A model generated the notes under the pieces. The model was given only the letters and a program-made list of their open reading frames with translations, had not been told where the DNA came from and did no database searches. Positions 8,830-20,542 of a DNA stretch of 64,000 bases are shown in pieces. Where the stretch lies: the NCBI GenBank assembly GCA_963761335.1, contig CAVXGR010000024.1, positions 1 through 64,000 on the forward strand, read 5' to 3'. How positions within the stretch are numbered: the stretch's first letter is position 1; each line of letters starts with the position of its first letter. The DNA is from an uncultured delta proteobacterium (GTDB lineage Bacteria > Desulfobacterota > Binatia > HRBIN30 > BPIQ01). The position numbers were made by a program, and so were the translations under genes.

Positions 8830-9462
8830 TCAGACCAGGCCGTGGTGGCGGGCGAACGGATCCCAGCTGGAATCGCGGTGCCAGTCGTACTCGGCCGCCA
8901 GAGCCACGTTGTCGCTGATCGAGGCGCCGTGGAGGCGCGCGATCACGGCCAGCGCCATGTCCATTCCAGCGGAGACGCCCGAGGAGGTGACCAGCTTGCC
9001 GTCCTCCACCCAGCGAGCCTCCTTGACCCATTCGACCGCCGGTCCCTGTGCCGCCGCCCAGGAGAAGAACATCTTGTTGGTGGTGGCGCGCCGCCCATCG
9101 AGCACCCCGGCTCGGGCGAGAAGGGCGCTGCCGGTGCAGACGCTCATGGCGATCTCGGCAGTCGCAACCGTTCGCCGCACGAAGTCCAGAAGCGCCGGGT
9201 TCTCGACCTCGGCGCGGGTGCCGAAGCCTCCGGGCACCAGCACCAGGTCGAGATGCGGGCAATCGTCGAATCCGTGATCGGCGATCGCCCGCGGCCCCTG
9301 GTTGCTGGCGACCGGACCTTTGTCCTGCGCCACCAGAACGATCTCGATCGAGCCGTCGAGCTTGGCGACCATGCCGAACATCTCGAGCGGCCCGAAGACA
9401 TCGAGCAGCTCGAATCCGGGAAAGAGCAGGGCGCCCAGACGCCGCTTCTTCGCTTCTTCCAT
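8830..9462 (-). CDS. DJ-1/PfpI family protein
   Basis: ELLDVFGP, VPGGFG, SVCTGS and TSSGVSAGMD motifs. Confidence 0.9.
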   Translation of the reverse strand: MEEAKKRRLGALLFPGFELLDVFGPLEMFGMVAKLDGSIEIVLVAQDKGPVASNQGPRAIADHGFDDCPHLDLVLVPGGFGTRAEVENPALLDFVRRTVATAEIAMSVCTGSALLARAGVLDGRRATTNKMFFSWAAAQGPAVEWVKEARWVEDGKLVTSSGVSAGMDMALAVIARLHGASISDNVALAAEYDWHRDSSWDPFARHHGLV

Positions 9463-9500
9463 ATCTATCTCCTCTATCTGGCAGTCCGATCGCAGAAGGC

Positions 9501-10532
9501 TCAGCCGGCCCGTCTGTGGTCGGGAGTTTGAAAGCGCCGCCGGTAATCCGCCGGCCCGACGCGCAGGTGTCGCAGGAAAGTTCGCCGCATGTGCTCACTG
9601 GAGGCGAAGCCGCAGCGGGCCGCCACCTGCTCGAGGCGCAGATCGCCGACCTCGAGGTCCCGGCGCGCCGCATCGAGACGGGCGCGCTCGACGAACTTGG
9701 CGGGCGTCTGACCGGTCTCGCGCAGGAAGACGCGGGCAAAGTGGCGCGGGCTCATGGCGACCCGCCCGGCGAGTGCCTCGACCGACAGATCGCCGTCGAG
9801 GTGGTCGTTGATCCACTCCGGCAGTGCACCGAGAGGACCCGGTGCGACCGCCTGTGCCGCCAGATGGCCGCTGAACTGCGATTGACCTCCGGGCCGCTTG
9901 AGGAAGACCACCAGGCGGCGAGCCACGGCGAGGGCGACCGCGTGTCCGAGGTCCTCCTCGACCAGTGCCAGCGCCAGGTCGATTCCGGCGGTGACGCCGG
10001 CCGAGGTGTAGACGCTGCCGTCGCGCACGAAGATGGCGTCGGGCTCGACGGCGATGTGCGGGTAGCGGCGCTGCAGCAGCTGAACCGCCGACCAGTGCGT
10101 GGTGGCGCGGCGACCGTCGAGCAGGCCGGCCTCGGCGAGCACGAAGGCACCGCTGCACACCGAGGCGAGGCGACGGAGGCGCGGCGCGATCGAGCGCAGC
10201 CAGCGGCGCAGCCCGAGATCTGCGGCGGCGGCGCGCACGTCGCCGCCGCAGATCACCAGCGTGTCGATGCCGCCGCGGAGCGCGCTGTAGGCGCGCTCTG
10301 CGACGATCTGCACCCCGGAGCTCATGCGCACCGGCCCCGGCCGCGCCGCCAGCACCTCGACGGCATACGGTGGGCGCGGCGTCATCGAGGCCCGCGCCGG
10401 CGATCCTCCCGGGCTCGAGGTGCTCGCCATGGCGAACACCTCGAGCGGTCCGGTGAGGTCGAGCGACTGCGCCCCCTCGTAGATCAGGAAGGCCACCTTG
10501 CGCGTCGGCGTTCGCTGCGACACCAGCTGCAT
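9501..10532 (-). CDS. GlxA-family (DJ-1 + AraC) transcriptional regulator
   Basis: SVCSGAF, ATTHW, TSAGVTAGID, RPGGQSQFS and an AraC HTH; start uncertain. Confidence 0.9.
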   Translation of the reverse strand: MQLVSQRTPTRKVAFLIYEGAQSLDLTGPLEVFAMASTSSPGGSPARASMTPRPPYAVEVLAARPGPVRMSSGVQIVAERAYSALRGGIDTLVICGGDVRAAAADLGLRRWLRSIAPRLRRLASVCSGAFVLAEAGLLDGRRATTHWSAVQLLQRRYPHIAVEPDAIFVRDGSVYTSAGVTAGIDLALALVEEDLGHAVALAVARRLVVFLKRPGGQSQFSGHLAAQAVAPGPLGALPEWINDHLDGDLSVEALAGRVAMSPRHFARVFLRETGQTPAKFVERARLDAARRDLEVGDLRLEQVAARCGFASSEHMRRTFLRHLRVGPADYRRRFQTPDHRRAG

Positions 10533-10687
10533 TCTCGAAGAGGAATTTCTGCCCGCCGCCATGGAGCCGACGGTAGCAGCCGTCGCCATTTGTCTGCAAT
10601 GACAAAGAGAACGCAATTTCTGCCATAGCGTGGAATGCGGCGCGCGAGTATCACCGCGACGGCGCGGTGGTGTAGCCCCCGGGTTCA

Positions 10688-10995
10688 GAGGCTATCTCAA
10701 AACCGTGCCCGCGCCCCTGGCGGGGCGCCAATAGGGCCGGCTTCGGGATCTTCCCGGGTCTTCCGACTCGGGGCTACACGCCTGCGCCCCTCCGGGGCGA
10801 ATGATGTCCAGCCTCCAGGTCCACCGCCGGAACCCCTGGGGAGGCGGGTTCAACCTGAGGAAACGGGGGCGTGCCTCGAGGGTCGCGCCGCGGAGCGGCG
10901 CGGGCATGTAGCCCCGGGTCGAAGACCCGGGGAATAGCGTTGGCCCTCCCCGATGCGCCCCATCAGGGGCGCGGGCACGGCTTTGAGACAGCCTC
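10688..10995. repeat. About 308-bp MITE/BIME-like element with about 40-bp terminal inverted repeats
   Basis: GAGGCTATCTCAAAACCGTGCCCGCGCCCCTG at the left and its near-complement at the right; internal CCCCGGGT..ACCCGGGG palindromes; modules recur at 52727-52942. Confidence 0.75.
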
Positions 10996-11119
10996 GTCAC
11001 CCGGCGACACGCCCGTGCCCTGGCGGGGCCGAGAGATGCCCAGCCCGCACTCCGGTCTTGAGTTTGGTCGCCGGATGGAGACATGGTGTCACCTCATCGC
11101 GGAAAGGGGGAAGCTGCTC

Positions 11120-12487
11120 ATGACGCAGAGAAGGACTGGTCGTCGTGTCTACGGAGGTCGGGTGAGGCGGCGCGGCAGCGGCGTATGGACTGATCTGTCG
11201 CGGCGGCAGTTCCTCAAGGGACTCGCGGCCACCACCGGGGCCCTGGCGCTCGGCGGCTGCGGTGGAGACGGCTCGGGGGCGCAGGGCGATCCGGAGCTGG
11301 CGGCTCTGCCGATGCCCGAGAGCTCGGGCTTCGAGCACGTGGTCGTGGTCACCATGGAGAACCGCTCGTTCGACCACTTCCTCGGCTGGCTGCCCGGCGC
11401 CGACGGCATGCAGGCGGGGCTCGAGTACACCGACAAGCAGGGAAATGCGCAGCAGACCTTCCACCTCGCCCCGGAGTTCCAGGGCTGCCAGTACCAGGAC
11501 CCGGACCATTCCTACGACGGCGGCCGCATTCAGTACGACGGCGGTGCCGCCGACGGTTGGCTGCGCGCCGGCAGCGATGATCTTTTTCCGATCGGCTACT
11601 ACACCCAGGACGATCTCGCCTTCTTCGGGCAGGCGGTGCCCGCGTGGACGACCTTCGACCGCTACTTCTGCGGAATTCTTGGGCCGACCTTTCCGAACCG
11701 CTTCTACCTACACGCCGGGCAGACGGACCGGTTGACGAACACCCTGTCGATGTCGTCGCTGACGATGATCTGGGACCGGCTGGCGGCGGCCGGTGTGAGC
11801 GGCACCTACTACTACAGCGACGTTCCCATCATCGTCCTGTGGGGCTCGCGCCTGAACAGCATCAGCAAGCCGTTCGATCAGTTTCTGGCCGACGCGGCGG
11901 CGGGGACCCTGCCCAACGTCGCCTACATCGATCCCAAGTTTCTCGACGAGGCGGCCGGCACATCCAACGACGATCATCCATTTGCCGACATCCGCAACGG
12001 GCAGGTGCTCGTCAACCAGATCTACGAGGCGGTGACCAACAGCCCAAATTGGGCCGACACCGTACTGATCTTCACCTACGACGAATGGGGAGGCTTCTTC
12101 GATCACGTGCCGCCGCCGCTGGCGCCGCAGACCGACCTCGACGCGGAGCTGGGGAACGACGGCCGCCTCGGCTTTCGCGTTCCCTGTGTCATCGTGTCGC
12201 CGTTGGCGCGGAGGGGGTTTGTCGCTCACCAGCAGTACGACCACACCTCGATCCTCAGCTTGATCGAGTGGCGCTGGGGGCTGGAGCCGTTGAGCGTCCG
12301 CGACGAGACCGCCAACAATCTCGCCCACGCCCTCGACTTGAGCGGCGCCAAGAACCTGGATGCGCCGCAGTTCTCGGTTCCCCAGGGTCCCTTTGGTCAG
12401 GCGTGCATGCCGGCGCCGGCGGGGGCGCGAATCGAGATCGCCGACCTGCGGGCTCTGGCGAAGCTGCACGGCTTCCCGGTCCCGTAG
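11120..12487 (+). CDS. Phosphoesterase/phospholipase C family Tat lipoprotein
   Basis: SRRQFLK Tat motif, LGGC lipobox, MENRSFDH, TYDEWGGFFDHV and GFRVP motifs. Confidence 0.9.
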   Translation: MTQRRTGRRVYGGRVRRRGSGVWTDLSRRQFLKGLAATTGALALGGCGGDGSGAQGDPELAALPMPESSGFEHVVVVTMENRSFDHFLGWLPGADGMQAGLEYTDKQGNAQQTFHLAPEFQGCQYQDPDHSYDGGRIQYDGGAADGWLRAGSDDLFPIGYYTQDDLAFFGQAVPAWTTFDRYFCGILGPTFPNRFYLHAGQTDRLTNTLSMSSLTMIWDRLAAAGVSGTYYYSDVPIIVLWGSRLNSISKPFDQFLADAAAGTLPNVAYIDPKFLDEAAGTSNDDHPFADIRNGQVLVNQIYEAVTNSPNWADTVLIFTYDEWGGFFDHVPPPLAPQTDLDAELGNDGRLGFRVPCVIVSPLARRGFVAHQQYDHTSILSLIEWRWGLEPLSVRDETANNLAHALDLSGAKNLDAPQFSVPQGPFGQACMPAPAGARIEIADLRALAKLHGFPVP

Positions 12488-12561
12488 GCGCTCGCCGAAG
12501 GCGATTGGGGAGGGATCCTTTCTGCTGGCGTTTTTGGCCGATTTGGGCCAATTTATAAGGC

Positions 12562-13401
12562 GTGTCCAAGGATTCCCCCGAAGGCGGCATCGCCATCGCC
12601 TGCCGCCGCATTCTCCGGCCGCTGGTGCAGCAGCTGATCCGGCACGGGGTGACCTTCCCGGTGGCGAATCGGCTGCTGAAGCAGGTCTTCGTCGAGGTTG
12701 CCGGTGAGGAAGGGAAGCTCCCGGGACGGAAGCTCAGCGACAGCCGGCTCGCGGTGATCACCGGCATCCCGCGCAAGGAGATCGCCCACCTGCGCGACAC
12801 CTTCGAGCCGTTGCAGAATCTGCCGCTCGATGCCCATGTGGCCACCCGGCTGATCGGTCGCTGGACCTCGGAGCGGCGCTTTCTCACGCCGGACGGCGCC
12901 CCGCAGATTCTGCCGTTCGAGGACGGAGAAGGAGTGAGCTTCGCCGAGCTGGTGAAGCAGGTGGGACAGGACATCCCGCCGCGCGCGGTCCTCGATGAGC
13001 TGGTGCGCGTCGGCGCCGTCAGCGTCTCGCCACATCGCGACATCGCTCTGCTGGTGCACCGCTACGTTCCGTCGGCGGGCACACTGGAGAAGATCGACAT
13101 GCTCGGCAGCGACGCCGCCGAGTTCATCGCCGCCATCGGCCACAACATCGGCGCTCCCGCGGACGACGCCTACCTGCAACAGAAGATCGAGTTCGACAAC
13201 ATCGGCTCGCGGGGCGAGCCGATTCTGCGCCGGCGGCTGCGGCGACTGGCGGACTCCTTTCTCCGCCGCGTCGAAGAGCTGATGGCTCTCTACGACCGCG
13301 ATCGCAACCCGTCCGCCCCGGGAGGCAAGCGCACGCGCGTGATCATGGGCGCCTACTACTTTCAGGAGACGGAGCCGGAAAAGACCGAGGAGGGAAAATG
13401 A
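12562..13401 (+). CDS. DUF6502-like protein
   Basis: ILRPLVQQLIRHGV, SDSRLAVITGIPRKEI and DIPPRAVLDEL patterns. Confidence 0.7.
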   Translation: MSKDSPEGGIAIACRRILRPLVQQLIRHGVTFPVANRLLKQVFVEVAGEEGKLPGRKLSDSRLAVITGIPRKEIAHLRDTFEPLQNLPLDAHVATRLIGRWTSERRFLTPDGAPQILPFEDGEGVSFAELVKQVGQDIPPRAVLDELVRVGAVSVSPHRDIALLVHRYVPSAGTLEKIDMLGSDAAEFIAAIGHNIGAPADDAYLQQKIEFDNIGSRGEPILRRRLRRLADSFLRRVEELMALYDRDRNPSAPGGKRTRVIMGAYYFQETEPEKTEEGK

Positions 13402-14405
13402 AGCTGTCGCCCGACGAAGGCAAGCGCCGCCGGATCGCGATCGCCATGGTGCTCGCCATGCTCACCGCGGTGGGCTGCGGGACGAGCGGGATCGGCATCG
13501 ACGGCGGCGGCAGCGGCACCGGCTTGGGCTTCAGCACCATCAGCGGCAACCTGGCGCCGACCACCGCCGAGGGCGATGCCCCCGCGCAGCCGGTGTGCCC
13601 GGTGATCGGCAGCTCGGCAATGGTCAGTGTTCGCGGCACCGGACTGGCGGCGCCGATCGAGTCCGACTGCCGCTTCGAGATCGACAACGTGCCCGCGGGA
13701 GACGTCACTTTGGATTTCGAGAGTCGGGGAGCGAAGTCGACGCTGGAGCTGAACAACGTCCCCCCCGACTCGACACTGGTTCTCACTGACGTGCGCCTGC
13801 TTCCGGACGATGCTGATGCCGCGGCGGTGGAGGTCGAAGCGGCCACCCCGACGCCGGTGCCGCGTGCCCGCATCATCGCCGATCCGCCGAAGGGCGAGGT
13901 GCCGCTCGAGGTCCACTTCTCGGTGATCACCACGGTGACGGGCACGCCGCTGGTGCGCTGGAACTTCGGCGACCGCAGCCCGGGATCGAGCGAGCTCGAG
14001 CCGACGCACGTATACACGCGACCGGGAGAGTTCATCGTCCACCTGCGTTTCGGGACGAGCGCCGCCGACCTGCAGGACGTCTTCACGGTGGTGAGCGTGC
14101 AGCGCCCGCCGGTGCCCGGGGCTCTCCGCGTTCGCCTGACGGCGCGGCCGCGGGTGGGCCCGGCACCCCTGGATGTAGAGCTGACGGCGGCTCTCCTCAA
14201 TGCCGTGCCGCCGGTGCGCTTTCTGTGGAAGTTCGGCGATGGCGAGATGCAGGTGACCTCCGAGCCGGTGGTGCGCCATACCTATGCGGACAGCGGCCCG
14301 GCTCTGGCGGTGGTCTCCGTCCGCGACGGGGCGGGGCGCGAGGCCGGCGATGCCTTCGGCATCCTGGTGATGCCGGCGCCGACCGCGATGAGGCGGGCGC
14401 CGTAG
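13398..14405 (+). CDS. Lipoprotein with Gly-rich N-terminus and two PKD-like domains
   Basis: Lipobox AVGC, DGGGSGTG, WNFGD/WKFGDG and H-x-Y PKD motifs; ATGA overlap with the upstream gene. Confidence 0.75.
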   Translation: MKLSPDEGKRRRIAIAMVLAMLTAVGCGTSGIGIDGGGSGTGLGFSTISGNLAPTTAEGDAPAQPVCPVIGSSAMVSVRGTGLAAPIESDCRFEIDNVPAGDVTLDFESRGAKSTLELNNVPPDSTLVLTDVRLLPDDADAAAVEVEAATPTPVPRARIIADPPKGEVPLEVHFSVITTVTGTPLVRWNFGDRSPGSSELEPTHVYTRPGEFIVHLRFGTSAADLQDVFTVVSVQRPPVPGALRVRLTARPRVGPAPLDVELTAALLNAVPPVRFLWKFGDGEMQVTSEPVVRHTYADSGPALAVVSVRDGAGREAGDAFGILVMPAPTAMRRAP

Positions 14406-14413
14406 CGGCCCAC

Positions 14414-14896
14414 TCAGCCGTTGCGCGCCTGCTTGACGGCGCGGTCGACTTCGCGACGGCTCTCGCGCTCGCGCGTGGTGGCGCGCTTGTCGTAGAGCTT
14501 CTTGCCGTGCGCCAGGGCGATGAGCACCTTGGCGCGGCCTTTCTTGAAGTACAGGCGCAGGGGAATCAGCGTGTAGCCCTTCTCCTTGACCTTGGCGTGC
14601 AGGCGCTCGATCTCGCGGCGGTGTAGGAGGAGCTTGCGGGTGCGGGTCGGGTCGTGGCCAAACTGGGCGGCGGCGGCATAGGGGCTGATGTGGGTGTTCA
14701 GCAGCCAGGCTTCGTCCTTGTCGATGCGGACGTAGCTGTCTTTGAGGTTGGCCTTGCCGGCGCGCAGGGACTTCACCTCGCTGCCGGCGAGAATTAGCCC
14801 CGCCTCGCAGGTCTCGTCGATGTGGTAGTCGTGGCGGGCGCGCCGATTGACGGCGATGTCGCGCTCCGCATCCGGGTTGCTCTTGCCTGCAGACAT
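14414..14896 (-). CDS. smpB: SsrA-binding protein SmpB
   Basis: NRRARHDY, GSEVKSLR, RKLLLHRREI, GKKLYDKR motifs. Confidence 0.97.
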   Translation of the reverse strand: MSAGKSNPDAERDIAVNRRARHDYHIDETCEAGLILAGSEVKSLRAGKANLKDSYVRIDKDEAWLLNTHISPYAAAAQFGHDPTRTRKLLLHRREIERLHAKVKEKGYTLIPLRLYFKKGRAKVLIALAHGKKLYDKRATTRERESRREVDRAVKQARNG

Positions 14897-14943
14897 GGCG
14901 GAGAGGATAGCACGGCGGCGTTCGTCTGTGGCATGACGGCGCC

Positions 14944-16731
14944 ATGGACTGGCTGTCGAGGGCCATGTGCCTCCTCGAGGACCTGCGCGAGGTGCCGCAC
15001 TACAAGAAGATCGGCGACGCCCTGAAGCAGGCCGCCGCCGGCGGCATGCGCACCTGCGGCTATGTCATCCGCGAGCAGGCGGAGAAGATTCCCGAGCGCC
15101 CCCTGCTTCGCTTCGAGGAGGAGACGGTCTCTTACGGCGCCTACAACGCCCGCGTGAATCGCTTCGCCAACCTGTTGTGCCGTGCCGGGGTGCGCCGGGG
15201 CGAGGCGGTGGCCATCGTCATGGAGAGCTCGCCGGCGTTCCTGGAGGCCGAAGGGGCGGTGGCCAAGACGGGGGCGATCGGGGCGCTGATCAACGGCAAT
15301 CTCCGCGGTGCGGCGTTGGTGCACGTGCTGCGGGCCTCGACGGCGCGTGTCGTTCTCGCCGACGCGGCGGGGGCGGCGGCGCTGGCGGAGATGGGAGCGG
15401 CGGACGGAATGACCGTCTACGCCGCCGGCGACGGCCGCGGTGCCGGCTTCCGCTCTCTGGAAGAGGAGCTCGCCGCCGCCGGAGACGGGGAGCCGGAGAT
15501 CCCCGACGTGCGGGTGGGCGACGTGATGCTCTACATCTATACTTCCGGGACGACCGGCTATCCGAAGCCGACGGTGATCCGGCACTCTCGCTTCACCATG
15601 GGTGGACACTCGTTGCGGGTCCTCCTCGATCTCCGCCCGGACGACTGCTCCTACGCGCCGACGCCGCTGTACCACGGCTACTCCAACTTCGTCGGCTTCG
15701 CGCCGGCCCTCCACAACGGCTCGACCTTTGCCTCGCGGCGCCGTTTCTCGGCATCGGAGTTTCTGCACGACGTGCGCCGCCATCGGGCGACACACTTCAT
15801 GTACGTCGGCGAGTTCTGCCGCTATCTCCTGCGCCAGCCGCCGACGCCGCGCGACCGCGACCACCATATCCGCATCGCCACCGGGCCGGGTCTGCGTCCC
15901 GACATCTGGTCCGAGTTCATGCGCCGCTTCGGTATCGCGCGCATCATCGAGACCTACGGGCAGACGGAGGCGAATCTGAGCCTGATGAACCGCCGCGGCC
16001 GCCGCGGCTCGGTGGGTCGCTCGGCGCCGTTCACCCACGGACAGCTGAAGCTGGTGCGCTACGACGCGGCGCTCGGGACGCCGCACCGGGGGGACGGCGG
16101 ACTTCTCGAGGAGGTCGGCCCGGGAGAGGTGGGAGAGCTGCTGAGTCTGGTTTCGGCGACCACGGCGATGAGCTTCGACGGCTACGTCGAGCGGGCGCAC
16201 AACGAGGAGAAGATGGTGCGCAACTGCTTTGTCCCGGGCGACGTGTACCTGCGCACCGGAGACCTGCTGCGCCGCAACCGCGCCGGCTACTACTACTTCG
16301 TCGATCGGATCGGCGACACCTTTCGCTGGAAAGGCGAGAACGTGGCGACGGCGGAGGTCGCCGAGCTCCTCAACGGCGCTCCGGGTGTCAGCGAGACAGC
16401 CGTGTACGGAGTCCGCGTGGCGGGAACCGAAGGGCGCGCCGGCATGGCCCTGGTGGTGCTGCAGGCAGGTGCTGCCTTCGATCCGGCCGGCTACTTCTCC
16501 TTTGCGGAGCGCCGCCTGCCGCGCTACGCGCGGCCGCTGTTCGTGCGCCTGGCGCCGTCGATGGATGTCACCGCGACTCTCAAGCACACAAAAGTGCGCC
16601 TCCAAGAGGAGGGTTACGACCTGGAGCGGATCGCCGATCCGCTGTATTTCCGCGACGACCGCGCCCGCACCTATGTGCGGCTCGACCGAGATCTGTTGCG
16701 CCGCATCGAGGCGGGCGAGATCGATCTGTGA
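14944..16731 (+). CDS. Long-chain acyl-CoA synthetase (FATP/FadD6-like)
   Basis: YIYTSGTTGYPK, YGQTE, DRIGDTFRWKGENVAT motifs. Confidence 0.92.
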   Translation: MDWLSRAMCLLEDLREVPHYKKIGDALKQAAAGGMRTCGYVIREQAEKIPERPLLRFEEETVSYGAYNARVNRFANLLCRAGVRRGEAVAIVMESSPAFLEAEGAVAKTGAIGALINGNLRGAALVHVLRASTARVVLADAAGAAALAEMGAADGMTVYAAGDGRGAGFRSLEEELAAAGDGEPEIPDVRVGDVMLYIYTSGTTGYPKPTVIRHSRFTMGGHSLRVLLDLRPDDCSYAPTPLYHGYSNFVGFAPALHNGSTFASRRRFSASEFLHDVRRHRATHFMYVGEFCRYLLRQPPTPRDRDHHIRIATGPGLRPDIWSEFMRRFGIARIIETYGQTEANLSLMNRRGRRGSVGRSAPFTHGQLKLVRYDAALGTPHRGDGGLLEEVGPGEVGELLSLVSATTAMSFDGYVERAHNEEKMVRNCFVPGDVYLRTGDLLRRNRAGYYYFVDRIGDTFRWKGENVATAEVAELLNGAPGVSETAVYGVRVAGTEGRAGMALVVLQAGAAFDPAGYFSFAERRLPRYARPLFVRLAPSMDVTATLKHTKVRLQEEGYDLERIADPLYFRDDRARTYVRLDRDLLRRIEAGEIDL

Positions 16732-16746
16732 GGTCGTCTGGTGAAA

Positions 16747-16819
16747 CGAGGTGTTGAGGTGTCGAGGTGTTGATTGCGCCGGCCCTAACAGCCAACACCG
16801 CAACCCCTCAACACCTCGA
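16747..16819. repeat. Inverted array of 8-bp units (GAGGTGTT / AACACCTC)
   Basis: Three units on each arm, between convergent genes. Confidence 0.75.
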
Positions 16820-16820
16820 T

Positions 16821-17195
16821 TCAGGGCAGGGGCTGGAGGCGAGGCGGGTCGCGGCGCAGTGCTTCGGCGTCGAGCTCGCCGGCGCGGATGCGCTGGACGT
16901 CGGCGTGGGCGCGCTCGCGGGTGGCCGTGAGGTTCAGGCCGCCGGCACTGGGCGGGAAGGTCTCGAGGCGGGAAAGGCCCATTCCCAACAGCTTCAAGGC
17001 CCCGGTGGAAAGCCCCTGCGACAGCTTGTGGTAGCCGACCGCCACTTGGATCAGCCCGATGAACAGCTCCCACAGCTCGTCGGGCACCACATCGAGACCG
17101 TCCTCGAGGACCTCGTGCGCCTCGAAGTAGTGGCCGGCGTTGAACTCGCGAGCCGCGGCAATGACGAGCCGATGGAGATCCGACTGGTGGGGCAC
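16821..17195 (-). CDS. DUF309 family protein
   Basis: FNAGHYFEAHEVLE...GLIQVAVG motif. Confidence 0.85.
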   Translation of the reverse strand: MPHQSDLHRLVIAAAREFNAGHYFEAHEVLEDGLDVVPDELWELFIGLIQVAVGYHKLSQGLSTGALKLLGMGLSRLETFPPSAGGLNLTATRERAHADVQRIRAGELDAEALRRDPPRLQPLP

Positions 17196-17232
17196 ACAGG
17201 AGACGTACCAGACCGATGCCGTTGCTGACAGG

Positions 17233-17352
17233 GGCAGGTTGTTGGGTTGTTGGTTGTTAGGTTGTTGGCCAAGGCATCCGATGACTTGGCAGGCTGTTTA
17301 CAACTTGCGTAACAACCAACAACCCAACAACCCAACAACCAAACAACCTGCC
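17233..17352. repeat. Inverted array of 7-8-bp units (GGTTGTTG / CAACAACC)
   Basis: GGCAGGTTGTT...AACAACCTGCC; same unit family at 39240-39322. Confidence 0.8.
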
Positions 17353-17353
17353 T

Positions 17354-19243
<1,890 letters not shown>

Positions 19244-19417
19244 TTTGAGCCCACCCTCAGGGCATCACAAAGGAAGGAGAAGAAATTGATAACAAATAGG
19301 AAAGTCGGCGAAAAAGTGTTGGTCGCAAGCTGTATGGGGCAGCTGAGCGCACACCGGGAGAGACGACGATTCGCCTAGGGGAAAACCCGTAGATCGCTGA
19401 GAAACCGAGAAGCTATA

Positions 19418-20194
19418 TCAGGGCCGATTCGATATGCCGCCGTCGACCGGAATCACGGTTCCGGTGAGATAGGCGCCGGCACGCGAGGCGAGATAGATGG
19501 CGACCCCGGCCATGTCGTCCGCTTCGCCGATGCGGCCGAGCGGACAAGAGCTGACGATGGCGTCGCGAAAGCGCTCCAGGGTTGCGGCCATCATCTTGCT
19601 CTCGAAGGGGCCGGGGGCGACGGCGTTGACGGTGATGCCGCGCGGCGCCAGGTGGTACGCCAGCACCCTGGTGAGGTGGTGCACCGCCGCCTTGCTCGAG
19701 GAGTAGGCGAAGGTTTCGAGCAGGGGGACGCGCAGGCCGTCGATCGAGCCGATGTTGATCACGCGCGCCGGATCGCCGGGGCGGGCGGCCTTCTCGAGAA
19801 GCGGCAGCATGGCCCGGGTCAGGTGGAACGGACCTTTGACGTTGAGCGCCAGTACCTTGTCCCAGGCGGAGTCGGGATACTCCTCGAGCGGCGCGCCCCA
19901 GTTGGCGCCGGCGTTGTTCACCAGAATGTGTACCGCCGTCTCGCGCTCCCCGATCGCGGCGGCCAGCCCCTGGGCGCCCTTCTCGGTGGACAGGTCGGCG
20001 GGCATCGAGATGCACGCGCCGCGCGGCGACAGCTCCTCGGCCGTCCGCTCGCAGTCGCTCTTCTTCCGCGACGAGATGTACACCTTGGCGCCGGCCTCGA
20101 CGTAGCCGCGGGCGATCATCTGGCCGATCCCCCGCGAGCCGCCGGTCACCAGGGCCACCTTGCCTTCGATCGAGAACAGGTCTTTCACTGGCAA
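19418..20194 (-). CDS. SDR family oxidoreductase (RhlG-like)
   Basis: TGGSRGIG, NNAG, YSSSK motifs. Confidence 0.92.
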   Translation of the reverse strand: MPVKDLFSIEGKVALVTGGSRGIGQMIARGYVEAGAKVYISSRKKSDCERTAEELSPRGACISMPADLSTEKGAQGLAAAIGERETAVHILVNNAGANWGAPLEEYPDSAWDKVLALNVKGPFHLTRAMLPLLEKAARPGDPARVINIGSIDGLRVPLLETFAYSSSKAAVHHLTRVLAYHLAPRGITVNAVAPGPFESKMMAATLERFRDAIVSSCPLGRIGEADDMAGVAIYLASRAGAYLTGTVIPVDGGISNRP

Positions 20195-20234
20195 TCTCCT
20201 CGAGTGGTTGTCCTACGGCGACGGCGCCGGTGAA

Positions 20235-20540
20235 TCAAGGAAGCTCGACCTCCACGGCATCGCCGCAGACGCGCACCGGGTAAACCGCCAGCGGCTGCGA
20301 TGCCGGGCCACGGGCTACGGCGCCGGTGACGAAGCTGAAGCAGGAGCCGTGCGTCCGGCAACGGACGATCTCTCCGAGCACCGGACCGTCGTGCAGAGGA
20401 AAGCCGCGGTGCGGGCAGAGGTCGTCGACCGCGAAGACCCGGGTGCCGAGGCGGAAGACGGCGAGACGTCGCCCCCCGACCTCAACGGCGGTGCCGGCAT
20501 CCTCGGCGAATTCATCGAGCTGGCCGATGGCGAAACGCAC
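20235..20540 (-). CDS. Rieske [2Fe-2S] ferredoxin
   Basis: CPH...CRTH ligand motifs. Confidence 0.88.
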   Translation of the reverse strand: MRFAIGQLDEFAEDAGTAVEVGGRRLAVFRLGTRVFAVDDLCPHRGFPLHDGPVLGEIVRCRTHGSCFSFVTGAVARGPASQPLAVYPVRVCGDAVEVELP

Positions 20541-20542
20541 GA

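Noticed and set aside
14400..14945. tmRNA gene next to smpB
   Set aside because: The flanking gaps are too short and show no tRNA-like ends.
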